DNA from: Polyangiales bacterium
GTDB lineage: Bacteria > Myxococcota_A > Polyangia > Polyangiales > Polyangiaceae
DNA length: 64,000 nt
Direction of reading: 5' to 3'
Assembly: GCA_038230375.1 (NCBI GenBank)
Contig: JBBRNJ010000001.1
Span: 192,001-256,000 of the forward strand
In this document: piece after piece, positions 10,088 through 19,500 of the stretch
Position numbering within the stretch: the stretch's first letter is position 1
How the letters are laid out: each line of letters begins with the position of its first letter
Made by a program: the position numbers and the translations under genes
The notes under the pieces: generated by a model
What the model was told of the DNA's origin: nothing
Seen by the model: only the letters and a program-made list of their open reading frames with translations
Database searches by the model: none

Positions 10088-11167
10088 TCACATCTTCCGG
10101 TCGCGGCCTGCCCAGCCCATGCTGATACTGAGCACCGGCTCTGCGTCGTGTGTGAGCCACGTGGACGAGAGATTGATCGATATCGGGCGCACGCGGACCT
10201 CCGGCATCGTGAGATCCTGCGCGGCGTTTCCGTTGCCGATCAGCGAGCCCAGGACGGACTCCTTCGTCTTCGGCTGCTCCTCGGCCGGGAACACATTGAC
10301 GGCGGCGCTCTCCACGCGCGCCATCTCGCCCACGCCCTTCTCCGCGTGCAACGTCACGCGCACGAAGCCGCACTGGCTTCCCTCTGTCACGCCGCTGGGC
10401 GTGTGAACCATGAGCGGCATCTGGCGGGACCGCGCGATCGCGCGCGCATTGGTGAAGTCCGATGGATCGATCGGCTTGTCGTCGTCCGGCGCATGCCTGC
10501 GCACCACCAGCTGCACGTGGGTGCGCTCCTGCGCGGCATAGATGGTGAGGTCACCCGGCGCCTCGCCGACCTTCTTCAGCGCGAGCGAGGCACGCCCGAT
10601 GAGGCGAACGCCCATCGTCGTGGGATCCACCCACGCGTCCACGGTCTCGAGCTTCGCCTCCCCGTTCTCGATCACAAAGCGTTCGCGATGCACCGGCGTC
10701 ACGTCACTCGGCGCGTTGCGCCCGGCCCCGCGGCGGTGCTCCGCCGACTCGAAGTGAGGAGCAAGCTGGACGAGCGGCTGCAGCGACGGACTCCACTCCG
10801 CGGGGCCGCCCTCCTGGTCGATGTCGACGTCGACGGCGCGGTCGGAGAAGCATTCGTCCATTCCGTTGTCGAAGCCGGAGAATCCGCGCCCACTGCCCAT
10901 CTCGCGCGCGGTCTCCTCCTTGGTGAAGAGCATGATGAACTGTCGGTTCATCATCTTCATCTTGCCCTCGGCCGGCGGACGCACGGGGTAGAACCCCGGC
11001 ACCTTGCTATTCGCTGGAATCCGATCGGGCGCCTTTGCAGCCGGGAACTGCGTGATGGTCCCCGTGGGAAGGCCGGCCACGCGCAACGTGTCAGCACTGG
11101 CGCGCTCCTCTGGAACGAAGCAGGCGACGGCGACGAGAGAGACCAGAAGGAGCTTCTTGTTCATCAT
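10088..11167 (-). CDS. Secreted hypothetical protein
   Basis: Likely start MMNKKLLLVS (signal peptide) directly after upstream stop. Confidence 0.65.
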   Translation of the reverse strand: MMNKKLLLVSLVAVACFVPEERASADTLRVAGLPTGTITQFPAAKAPDRIPANSKVPGFYPVRPPAEGKMKMMNRQFIMLFTKEETAREMGSGRGFSGFDNGMDECFSDRAVDVDIDQEGGPAEWSPSLQPLVQLAPHFESAEHRRGAGRNAPSDVTPVHRERFVIENGEAKLETVDAWVDPTTMGVRLIGRASLALKKVGEAPGDLTIYAAQERTHVQLVVRRHAPDDDKPIDPSDFTNARAIARSRQMPLMVHTPSGVTEGSQCGFVRVTLHAEKGVGEMARVESAAVNVFPAEEQPKTKESVLGSLIGNGNAAQDLTMPEVRVRPISINLSSTWLTHDAEPVLSISMGWAGRDRKM

Positions 11168-11175
11168 GGCGTGCC

Positions 11176-13239
11176 TCACAGGGTCCTCAGGTAGCTCTCG
11201 AGCGAATCCAGGTCGTCGTCCTTGAGATGAGAGGTCTTGCCCATCTTGCCGTCCACGCCGCGGAGCAGCGCGCCCAGCGTCTTGTAGCGACCATCGTGGA
11301 ACCACGGGCCCGCGCCGCCCACGCCGCGCAGTGAAGGCGTGTTGAAGTCGCCCTTGCGATCGGCGGTGGCCTTGCTCTTCACGTCGTGCTGCATGCCATC
11401 CGCGAAGTTCGTGTCCGGCGTGTGGCACGTGGAGCACTGCGTCTCGGCGGACATGAAGATCTGCTTGCCGCGCGCCACCTTCGGGTCGGCCGGTGCATGA
11501 TTGGCGGCGGCGTTCGGAGGCGCCATCGTCGTGATGTACGCGACGATCGCGTCCAGCTCCAGGCTGCGAAGACCTGCGCCGTCCAGCCTGTCGAACGTGG
11601 TGGCCAGGTGCTCGCGCAGTGTGTGCTCGGGATTGCTCCAGGAGTACGGCGGCTGGCCGACGCGGCCTGCGAGCAGGATGGTGCGGCGCGGCCCGTCGGG
11701 CGTGGCCCACGTGATGGCGTCGTCGCGACCGTCCGGATGACAGCTCGCGCACGCGCGCCCATCCTTCGCGATGCGGTTGTCACCGGCAGCGTGGAAGAGG
11801 AGGCGGCCCATGGCGATCTCGGCGGAGATCTTCTTCGGCGCGTCGGGCAGCTCGATCCGTGCTGATTTCTCGCGCGGATTCGTCTTGGCGCTCGACATCT
11901 GCGGCGCACCGAGATCGATCACATTGATGATGCGGTCGAACTGCGACCACACCACCGCTCGCTTCGCGGCCACGTCCACGGCGATGCCAGTGGGGCCAGC
12001 GCCCACTCCCCAGCGGCGCTTCTCTGCACGCACCGGGCTCGCAGCGGCCGCGTCGTACTCGACCACGTCGTCGATGCCGAAGCACGTGACCAGCAGGCTC
12101 TTGCCGTTCGGGTCCACCGCGGCGGCCCGCGGCAAGAGACATGGCTCGTGGTGGTCGCGCGGGTCATCTGTGCCGCCCATGAACATCCGATCGCGCTCGA
12201 ACGCGAGCGACGTGTCCAGTGCGCTGCCGGTCGCGTCATCGATGACGGCGACGTTCGGCGCCTCGGTGGGGGAGTCGTCGTCACCGTAGCCTTCGGCGCG
12301 CTGGTTCGGATCGCCAGAGTCCACGAACACCTGCGGCGCAAGCACACGCCCCTTCGGGTCCATCGTCTTCGCAAGCGCGTAGCCCTGACAGGAGATCCGC
12401 CCGGTCTCCTCTTCCTTTGCCTGCGCGTCCTTCTCCATCTCCTTGATGCGCTGCTCCATCTCCGGCGTGACCTTGACGCCAGCGGCCTTCAGGCGCTTCG
12501 GGCTGAACCGAGAGGCGCGGCTCCGCGTCGCGATCATGGGGTCCTTGCCCCGCATGATGAGCTCCTTGGCCGTTCCCTGTGAGAGGTCGACCACGCTCAT
12601 GTGCGAGCCCACGGCATGCGAGACGAACGCCGTCTTTCCATCATCGCCGATCACCACGGCGCGTGGCTCACGCGGCAAGCGCACGTCGCTCTTCTTCACG
12701 AGCGACACCGCATCCAGGATGGAGAGTGTTCGTCCCCATGCAGATGTCACGAGCAGGCTCTTCCCGTCCGGGGTGACCGCCATGGCGAACGGCTCTTCTG
12801 CCACTGCCGCAGCACACGCAGGCGCGAGCGGCCTGTCCGCGGCGCCCGGAGTGAAGGCAACGACGCGAGCCTTGTCGCGCATGACGACGACGAGCTTCCC
12901 ATCCTTCGTCATGATCATGTGGCCCGGCACGCCATCCACGGGCGTGCTTGCGAGCTGTTTCTTGGAGTCCACGTCGACCGTGAGGATGGCGTGCACGTCC
13001 TCGTCGGAGACGTACGCGATCTTCTTGCCGCTGATCTCTGCGAGGACGATGGTGGAGCTCGAACCCGTCGGAGACGTCGCCTGCGCAACGGCGCCGACCG
13101 TCGCAACGCATGCTGGCCCCGCGACCTGCGTGGCGACCATCGGTGCCTCGGGCGCCTTGCCCTGCTGCGCGGCTCCACCGCACGCCGCTGCAAGTCCCGT
13201 CGCCACGACCAGCGCCACATTCCGTTTCCACATCGACAT
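11176..13239 (-). CDS. YVTN beta-propeller / di-haem cytochrome c (CCP/MauG-like) lipoprotein
   Basis: Lipobox AAAC; propeller repeats; CASCH and CSTCH haem motifs; TPSLRG...PWFHDG. Confidence 0.85.
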   Translation of the reverse strand: MSMWKRNVALVVATGLAAACGGAAQQGKAPEAPMVATQVAGPACVATVGAVAQATSPTGSSSTIVLAEISGKKIAYVSDEDVHAILTVDVDSKKQLASTPVDGVPGHMIMTKDGKLVVVMRDKARVVAFTPGAADRPLAPACAAAVAEEPFAMAVTPDGKSLLVTSAWGRTLSILDAVSLVKKSDVRLPREPRAVVIGDDGKTAFVSHAVGSHMSVVDLSQGTAKELIMRGKDPMIATRSRASRFSPKRLKAAGVKVTPEMEQRIKEMEKDAQAKEEETGRISCQGYALAKTMDPKGRVLAPQVFVDSGDPNQRAEGYGDDDSPTEAPNVAVIDDATGSALDTSLAFERDRMFMGGTDDPRDHHEPCLLPRAAAVDPNGKSLLVTCFGIDDVVEYDAAAASPVRAEKRRWGVGAGPTGIAVDVAAKRAVVWSQFDRIINVIDLGAPQMSSAKTNPREKSARIELPDAPKKISAEIAMGRLLFHAAGDNRIAKDGRACASCHPDGRDDAITWATPDGPRRTILLAGRVGQPPYSWSNPEHTLREHLATTFDRLDGAGLRSLELDAIVAYITTMAPPNAAANHAPADPKVARGKQIFMSAETQCSTCHTPDTNFADGMQHDVKSKATADRKGDFNTPSLRGVGGAGPWFHDGRYKTLGALLRGVDGKMGKTSHLKDDDLDSLESYLRTL

Positions 13240-13364
13240 GGGATCCCTCCGAGCACCCAATGATGCCAGAAGTGGATACGCAACCGCTGCGCCAGTTCTT
13301 CCTCACCTACATGTCGACGCTCATCGGGCGCATATTCCATGCAGTGTGCAGCTACCCATGCCAC

Positions 13365-14693
13365 TCAGTGTCTGGCGACGGCCTTCTTCAACGTCTCATC
13401 GAAGAGCGCGTTCGGCTGGGCCCCCACGACGCGATGGCCATCGAAGAACGACGTGGGCGTGCCTCGCGCGCCGAGCTTGTCGGCGAGCGCCTCGTCCGCG
13501 CGCAGGGTCTCCAGCGTGGACGCAGACTCCATGTCGCGGTGGAGCCGCACCACATCCAGGCCCACCTCCTGTGCGACGCGGTCCAGGGCCGCAGCGCTGC
13601 GATCCATGCGCTCGGCGAACGCCTTCTCCATGAACGCCGGGAGCTTGTCCTGCGCGTCCGCGGCGATCGCTGCCTGGGCCCACGTCCGCGCATTCGGGTG
13701 CATGGCCAACGGCCTCTGCCTGACCACGACCTTCACGTCGGGATGCGACGTGACGAAGCCACGTAGCTGTCCATCGAGGCGCGCGCAGAACGGACACTCG
13801 AGATCCGTGAAGAGCACGATGGTGTGATGCGCGCGCTTGTCACCAGCCATGTGAAGGCCACCAACACCTACGGCATCTGCCACGAACGTGTCTTCCGCCA
13901 CCTCCCCATCGCCGGGCGGCGGCGGATTCTTGCGCGCCTCCTGCATGAGCGCGCCATAGAGATCCTTTCGTGCGACGCCCGACTCCAGCAGCTCGTTCGC
14001 GTGCACGAGCTCGTCGTCGATCATCGTGCGGAACGTCTCGATCGGCTGAGCGCCGGTGATGGCGCGGCCATTGACGAAGAACGTGGGTGTGCCCGTCGCG
14101 TGCACTCCGCGCGCCAGCGCCTGGCTCTTTTCCAGGCCCTTCTTTGCGCGCGTCTGGCTCGCCTGCGACCGCATGAAGGAGGCCATTCCGAGCTTCGCTC
14201 CCAGCGCCGCGAGATCGTCGTCGGAATGCTTGCGTGGCTCCGCGAACAGCAGCGTGTGCGCCTGCTCGAACACACCTGCCTCGCTCGCAATGAGCGCGAA
14301 GGTCGCGATGTCGTCCGCGCGCTCGTGCATTGGCAAGGGTGACTCCGCAACGAAGACGCGAAGATCGCGGCCGTAGGTACGCCGCAGCGTCTGCACGGTG
14401 GCCTCTGCGCGCACGCAGTATGGACACTCGTAGTCCGTCATCTCCACGAGCGTCACCTTGGCGTCCGTCGCACCCATCATTGGAAGGCCGTCGACCAGCA
14501 CCTCGCTCCGATAGATCTTCGGCGCCTCCTTCTTCTGCGCGTCCTTCACCGGCGATGGCGCCTGCGCTGGCGCGATGTCCTGCGGTGCCGCAAAAGCGGG
14601 CGCGTCCTCGCGCGCGGCCGGGTCTTCCGTCTTCTGTCCGCAGCTAAGGGCCAGCGTGCTGGCGAGCGCCCAGGCGATCGAGTTCTTCGTCAT
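13365..14693 (-). CDS. Two-domain DsbA/thioredoxin-like lipoprotein
   Basis: CPYC and CPFC active sites, two GTP cis-Pro motifs, GAQP. Confidence 0.85.
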   Translation of the reverse strand: MTKNSIAWALASTLALSCGQKTEDPAAREDAPAFAAPQDIAPAQAPSPVKDAQKKEAPKIYRSEVLVDGLPMMGATDAKVTLVEMTDYECPYCVRAEATVQTLRRTYGRDLRVFVAESPLPMHERADDIATFALIASEAGVFEQAHTLLFAEPRKHSDDDLAALGAKLGMASFMRSQASQTRAKKGLEKSQALARGVHATGTPTFFVNGRAITGAQPIETFRTMIDDELVHANELLESGVARKDLYGALMQEARKNPPPPGDGEVAEDTFVADAVGVGGLHMAGDKRAHHTIVLFTDLECPFCARLDGQLRGFVTSHPDVKVVVRQRPLAMHPNARTWAQAAIAADAQDKLPAFMEKAFAERMDRSAAALDRVAQEVGLDVVRLHRDMESASTLETLRADEALADKLGARGTPTSFFDGHRVVGAQPNALFDETLKKAVARH

Positions 14694-14708
14694 GTTGCCT
14701 CCGCAGGC

Positions 14709-15293
14709 TCATGGCCTGTCGTCGGCACAAGTTACGAAGTCTCCGCAGCCACAGATCGCATCCCCCACGCCCGCCACGGAGGCAGCCGAGATGAGTCGCG
14801 CGCCTCCCGAGCCAACCAGGGCAATGCTCTCGAGAGGCGCATCGCATGAACCAGGCGCAGCATGCGATGCGACGGGCATGCTCGCCGGCAACGCCTCGCA
14901 CGTGAGCCCGAAGAACGACGCAGGGCCGCACGTACCGCGGTCACCCTCGGGCTCACCCGACATGGAGAGCGAGATCGCAGGCGGGCGTTCGGACGGCGGC
15001 GCGTCGGTGTGAACACGTTCGCCGTGAACACCAGACCCCCACGCGACAAGGACGAAGAGCCCAGCGGCGGCATGCAGCATGGCCACTGGTGCCACCGTGG
15101 TGGCCAACGCCCGGTAGACGCGCTTCAGCGAGCCGCCGGGAAGGAGCGAAACGGCGCGCACGCATCGCCGCGTTTCACCGCGAGCGATCACCGCGTCGAC
15201 GGATGGCAGCGCAGGGAGCTCCATGCGCTGGGCGCGCTCGCGGAACAGGTCGCGCTCGAACGAGTCGTCGTCCATCGAGAGCCTGCCGTTCAT
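14709..15293 (-). CDS. Putative anti-sigma factor (one TM helix, Cys-rich C-terminus)
   Basis: ATG overlaps the sigma factor stop (ATGA); hydrophobic segment; several distal Cys. Confidence 0.5.
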   Translation of the reverse strand: MNGRLSMDDDSFERDLFRERAQRMELPALPSVDAVIARGETRRCVRAVSLLPGGSLKRVYRALATTVAPVAMLHAAAGLFVLVAWGSGVHGERVHTDAPPSERPPAISLSMSGEPEGDRGTCGPASFFGLTCEALPASMPVASHAAPGSCDAPLESIALVGSGGARLISAASVAGVGDAICGCGDFVTCADDRP

Positions 15294-15907
15294 CGACCAC
15301 CTCGGCTGCTTGCGCGCTCTGCGTCGCGCTCGTAGGCGGCGAGCGTCTCCCGCAGGATCTCGCGGCCGCGGAAGATCTCGACCTTGACCTTTGCAAGCGA
15401 GAAGCCCATGAGCGTGGCGATGTCCGCGTACTCGAGTCCATGGTCCAGCGCCATCAGCAGCATGGCCCGGCGATCCTCGGACAGCGTGGCCAGAGCGCCA
15501 TCCACGACCGAGAGCGCCTCGCGATCGAGCAGCTCCCCCTCTGGTGACTGAGCACGCGGACACGGCGCGTGCCTGGCCTGGTCGTCGTCATCCTCGGTGA
15601 ACACCCGGCCGCGCCGGGCACGTGCCTTTCGCAGCTCCAGCGACACGTTGCGTGCAACCCCAAAGAGCCACGGCACGGCCCGCTCCACCTCGCGCACGAT
15701 CTCAGGATGTGCATAGGCCCGCACGAACGTCTCCTGCGTCGCGTCGGTCGCGAGCGCGGCGTCGCCGAGCAAGTCGCGCAGGAAGCGATGGATCCGGGGC
15801 GCGTGCTTCTCGTAGAGGAACGTGAACGCCGCTCGATCCTCCGTTTCCATATCCCGCGCCGCGCCGAGAGCGAGCGAGGCAGAAAGGACGTCAGGAAGCG
15901 TGGCCAC
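15290..15907 (-). CDS. ECF RNA polymerase sigma factor
   Basis: DATQETF...WLFGVARN region 2; EYADIATLMGFSLAKVK region 4. Confidence 0.9.
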   Translation of the reverse strand: MATLPDVLSASLALGAARDMETEDRAAFTFLYEKHAPRIHRFLRDLLGDAALATDATQETFVRAYAHPEIVREVERAVPWLFGVARNVSLELRKARARRGRVFTEDDDDQARHAPCPRAQSPEGELLDREALSVVDGALATLSEDRRAMLLMALDHGLEYADIATLMGFSLAKVKVEIFRGREILRETLAAYERDAERASSRGGR

Positions 15908-15955
15908 GAGGGTACCTGGCGAGGCGAACCGCCGAGTTACAAGAAATGTTCCGGG

Positions 15956-16864
15956 CTACTCCTTTTTCGGGGTCGTCTCGGATGCCTTCGGCGCGGGCGC
16001 CGGCTTCTTCTCTTCCTCGTCTGCCTCTTCGTTGGCGAGCGCCGCAGTGTGCGCGGCCGCTGCCTTGATCTTCTGCTCGGCGGCGCCGATGCGATCGCTC
16101 TTCTCCTTCTGCGTCTTGCCCGCAATGCCTCCACCGGTGAGGCCGATGACAAGCGACACGACCCAGAGCGCGCGGTTTCCTAGCAAGAGCGCCATGGAAG
16201 CGATGACCAGCCCAAATTCCATGCAGAGCTGCGCCTTCTCGAAGCCGGACGCAGCGTCGCCGTACGCGTCAAGGATCAGGTCGTAGGCCTCCGCGTCCTC
16301 CTTCGCCTCCTTCATGTCGTGGGCGTACACGTGCATCTTCTTCAAGATGCGCTCTTCGTCTTCCTTGTCGGGCGTGAGCAGGTCCATCAGCTCGCGCGTG
16401 GACACGTCGATCGCTTCCTTGATCTCCGCCGTGTCCTCGTCGTCGGCCTTGCCGCTCTTCGAACGCACGTCGCCCAGCTTCTTGCCGAACTTCTCCATCT
16501 CCGCGCGGTTTGGTGTCACCGCGTGGAGCAGCTCGTAGTCGGCCTGCAGCACACGGTACTTCATGGTCTCGGCCTGCAGCTCCGAGTACTGATTGGACTG
16601 CTCGACGGTGTTGCGAATCAGCTCCGTGCGCGAGGCCCCGACCATCGCGGCGCAGAACGCCAGCATCACGCCGAGCAACGCCATGGTGACGCCGATCGGC
16701 TTCGTGCTCACCTTCTTCGGGGCGTCGGCCTTTGCATCGGTCGCATGCGCGTCCTTCGGGACGTCGACCTTTGCATCGGTCGCATGCGCGTCCTTCGCAG
16801 GCGCCTCCGCGTTCGCCTTCGGGTCCTTCCCGTGCTCGTCCCCACCTTCGTGCTTTTCGCTCAC
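15956..16864 (-). CDS. DUF4337-like membrane protein
   Basis: IGVTMALLGVMLA TM, coiled coil, two C-terminal TMs; N-terminal KDAHATDAK duplication; GTG start inferred. Confidence 0.6.
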   Translation of the reverse strand: MSEKHEGGDEHGKDPKANAEAPAKDAHATDAKVDVPKDAHATDAKADAPKKVSTKPIGVTMALLGVMLAFCAAMVGASRTELIRNTVEQSNQYSELQAETMKYRVLQADYELLHAVTPNRAEMEKFGKKLGDVRSKSGKADDEDTAEIKEAIDVSTRELMDLLTPDKEDEERILKKMHVYAHDMKEAKEDAEAYDLILDAYGDAASGFEKAQLCMEFGLVIASMALLLGNRALWVVSLVIGLTGGGIAGKTQKEKSDRIGAAEQKIKAAAAHTAALANEEADEEEKKPAPAPKASETTPKKE

Positions 16865-16928
16865 GGGCCGTGTCTTACACCGGTCACGATCTGGCGCGAA
16901 AGAGCCGCGCCACAACCTGACGGCGAAG

Positions 16929-18017
16929 TCACGTATGGGGGGGGATGAACCCGTCGTGGGCGAGTAGCTCCGCCGTGAGGATCGACCCTCCCGCGGCTCC
17001 GCGGACGGTGTTGTGCGAGAGCGTGACGAAGCGGTAGTCGAAGATCGCGTCGCCACGCAGCCGGCCTACGGTGATGCCCATGCCGTTCCCCACGTCGCGG
17101 TCGAGCCGCGTCTGCGGCCGTGAGTCGTCCTCGAAGTACGTGATGAGCGGCGTGGGCGCCGATGGCAGCTTCAACGTCTGCGGCCTGCCCTCGAACGCAC
17201 GCCAGCGACGGATGATCTCCTCATGGGGGACCTTCTTCTCCACGCTGATCGAGACCGCAGCAAGGTGACCGTCCGAGACGGGAACGCGAATGCACTGCGC
17301 CGAGAAGATGGGCGTGCGCGCGGGCACGACAACGCCGTCCACGACGCTGCCCCAGATCTTCAGGGGCTCCTGCTCGCTCTTCTCTTCCTCGCCCTTGATG
17401 AACGGGATGACGTTGTCCACCATCTCTGGCCAGGTCTCGAACGTCTTTCCAGCGCCCGAGATCGCCTGGTACGTGGCGACCACCACTTGCTTCAAGCCCA
17501 GATCGCGCAGCGGATGGAGCGCGGGCAAGTAGCTCTGGAGCGAGCAGTTCGGCTTCACGGCCACGAAGCCGCGCTTCGTACCCAGACGCTGCCGCTGGTG
17601 CTCGATGGCCTGCGCGTGCTCGGAGTTGAGCTCCGGCATCATCATCGGCACATCCGGCGTGGCACGATGCGCCGAGTTGTTGGAGATGACGGGCGTCTCC
17701 GCCTTCGCGTAGGCATCCTCGAGCGCGCGCGTCTCGTCCTTGCTCATGTCCACTGCGCAGAACACGAAGTCCACGCCGTTGGCCACGTTCGCGACGTCGG
17801 ACGCGTCTGCCACGACCAGGTTCGCGACGCCCGCGGGCACCGCGTTGCTCATGGCCCAGCGACCGCGCGTCGCATCCGTGTAGGGCTGACCGGCAGACCT
17901 TGCGCTCGCGGCCACCTTCGTCACCGTGAACCAGGGGTGATTCGCGAGGAGCGACACGAATCGTTGACCCACCATTCCGGTGGCGCCGAGCACCCCGACG
18001 TTGAATCGCTTCGTCAT
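16929..18017 (-). CDS. asd: Aspartate-semialdehyde dehydrogenase
   Basis: GATGMVGQRF, PNC, SGAG, RVPVSDGH, SHNTVRGAAG. Confidence 0.95.
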   Translation of the reverse strand: MTKRFNVGVLGATGMVGQRFVSLLANHPWFTVTKVAASARSAGQPYTDATRGRWAMSNAVPAGVANLVVADASDVANVANGVDFVFCAVDMSKDETRALEDAYAKAETPVISNNSAHRATPDVPMMMPELNSEHAQAIEHQRQRLGTKRGFVAVKPNCSLQSYLPALHPLRDLGLKQVVVATYQAISGAGKTFETWPEMVDNVIPFIKGEEEKSEQEPLKIWGSVVDGVVVPARTPIFSAQCIRVPVSDGHLAAVSISVEKKVPHEEIIRRWRAFEGRPQTLKLPSAPTPLITYFEDDSRPQTRLDRDVGNGMGITVGRLRGDAIFDYRFVTLSHNTVRGAAGGSILTAELLAHDGFIPPHT

Positions 18018-18058
18018 CGTGCGGAGAGTCTAGTTGGCGGCGACGAAAACGGAAAGTT

Positions 18059-19336
18059 TCACCAGCGACCGAACGCGGGCCCCCAGGCGTCCGCGCTCGC
18101 ACCGAAGCTCTTCCCCGGCATCTTGCACGCGCAGTGGGTGTAGGCGCCACTCGGGCTGCAAGCGTAGCTTGCTGGTTGGTTCTTCTCGTAAACGTCGGCG
18201 AGCGCAGAGACAAGGCGTGCGGTCTGTGCGGCCACAGCGGCCTCCTCGGTCTTGTTGCCCGCCGACACGATGGGCACCCACGCGAACGCGAGCTTCGCCG
18301 CGCCCGATGTGGGGTGGGATTTTTGCCAGCTCCGCGCCGCATAGACCTGGAGCGAGAGGAGGTCCTGCATCTGATCGGATGTGATGCGGTTGTCGCCATA
18401 GCCGACGTCCGCATTCCACGCACCGTTCAGCCAGGGCACAAAGGTCTTCGCCAGGAACGTCCGCGCTGCCTCTGCTCCTGCGGGTCCGACCGCGGCGAGG
18501 CGCGGCAGATGATTGACGTAGCTGTTCACGCGTGCGGCCCGCGCGGCCACCGTGTCGTTCGCGTCGTTCGAGCAGACGTCGTGGGCATCCGCATAGACCT
18601 CTTCGCCCCACCACCGTACGTACGGCCGGATGCCGTTCCAGAAGCCTTCGTCGAGGATGAGGTCCTCCATGTTCGCGTGATGCACGGGAATGCTCTGCGC
18701 GTTCGACGGCGTCTGCGGCACGCCGACACGGACGACACCGCCCATCTTGCTCGGCACGGTTCCATCGCCGTCGGTGAGGCCCTTGACGAGGCCGACGACA
18801 TTGCCGCGGACAGCATGTCTGTCGACGCCGGCCTTCGGCGTCATGAGCGTCGACGGGAGCTCTTGAACCACCCACGTGTCACTCGTGCCGGGGTGAATGT
18901 CGAAGCCGAGGTCCTTCATCTCCGCGCGGAATCGCTCTCCGGCCTTCTGCCAATCGCCGGGGGTCGCGGACGCGGGAAGCTGCGACTCCCACGCGCCGTG
19001 ATTGAACTGCGCGACCGCATGGAAGTTCGACCCGAGCTTGTGAATCTGGGCGATCTCGGCCTTCACGTTGGGCTCGAACTTCGTCTTGTCCAAAACCAGG
19101 TTGGGGAGCACCACGTAGTACTGCGTGCACGGGAGGTTGGGCGTGAGCCCCTTCGCGATGGGCATGAGCGAGTCGCGCGAGGACCAGAGGAAGATCTCCG
19201 CAGGGCTCGTGCACGACGCGAGATCATCTCCTTCGGAGGCCACATGCTCCTCCGTGACGTCGGGTCCGCATGCAGGCGCGACTGCGATGCAGAGGCACCC
19301 CATGAACTGCGCCGCCCGTCCAAGCCAGCTTCCCAT
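18059..19336 (-). CDS. Hypothetical lipoprotein
   Basis: Signal-like N-terminus (APAC), coding-like codon bias. Confidence 0.6.
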   Translation of the reverse strand: MGSWLGRAAQFMGCLCIAVAPACGPDVTEEHVASEGDDLASCTSPAEIFLWSSRDSLMPIAKGLTPNLPCTQYYVVLPNLVLDKTKFEPNVKAEIAQIHKLGSNFHAVAQFNHGAWESQLPASATPGDWQKAGERFRAEMKDLGFDIHPGTSDTWVVQELPSTLMTPKAGVDRHAVRGNVVGLVKGLTDGDGTVPSKMGGVVRVGVPQTPSNAQSIPVHHANMEDLILDEGFWNGIRPYVRWWGEEVYADAHDVCSNDANDTVAARAARVNSYVNHLPRLAAVGPAGAEAARTFLAKTFVPWLNGAWNADVGYGDNRITSDQMQDLLSLQVYAARSWQKSHPTSGAAKLAFAWVPIVSAGNKTEEAAVAAQTARLVSALADVYEKNQPASYACSPSGAYTHCACKMPGKSFGASADAWGPAFGRW

Positions 19337-19500
19337 GTCGTTCTTGGTCGCAATAGTCGGACCGTCGCGAGGTCACGACATATCAACCAGTTGTCGGTCG
19401 TCGTGTTGCGTGCGTGAGACAATCAAGCCGCGCGCCCTGGATCGCGGGCGAACCGGTTGGATCCGGACCAACCCGTCCGAACGCACCTGCATTCACCCGC

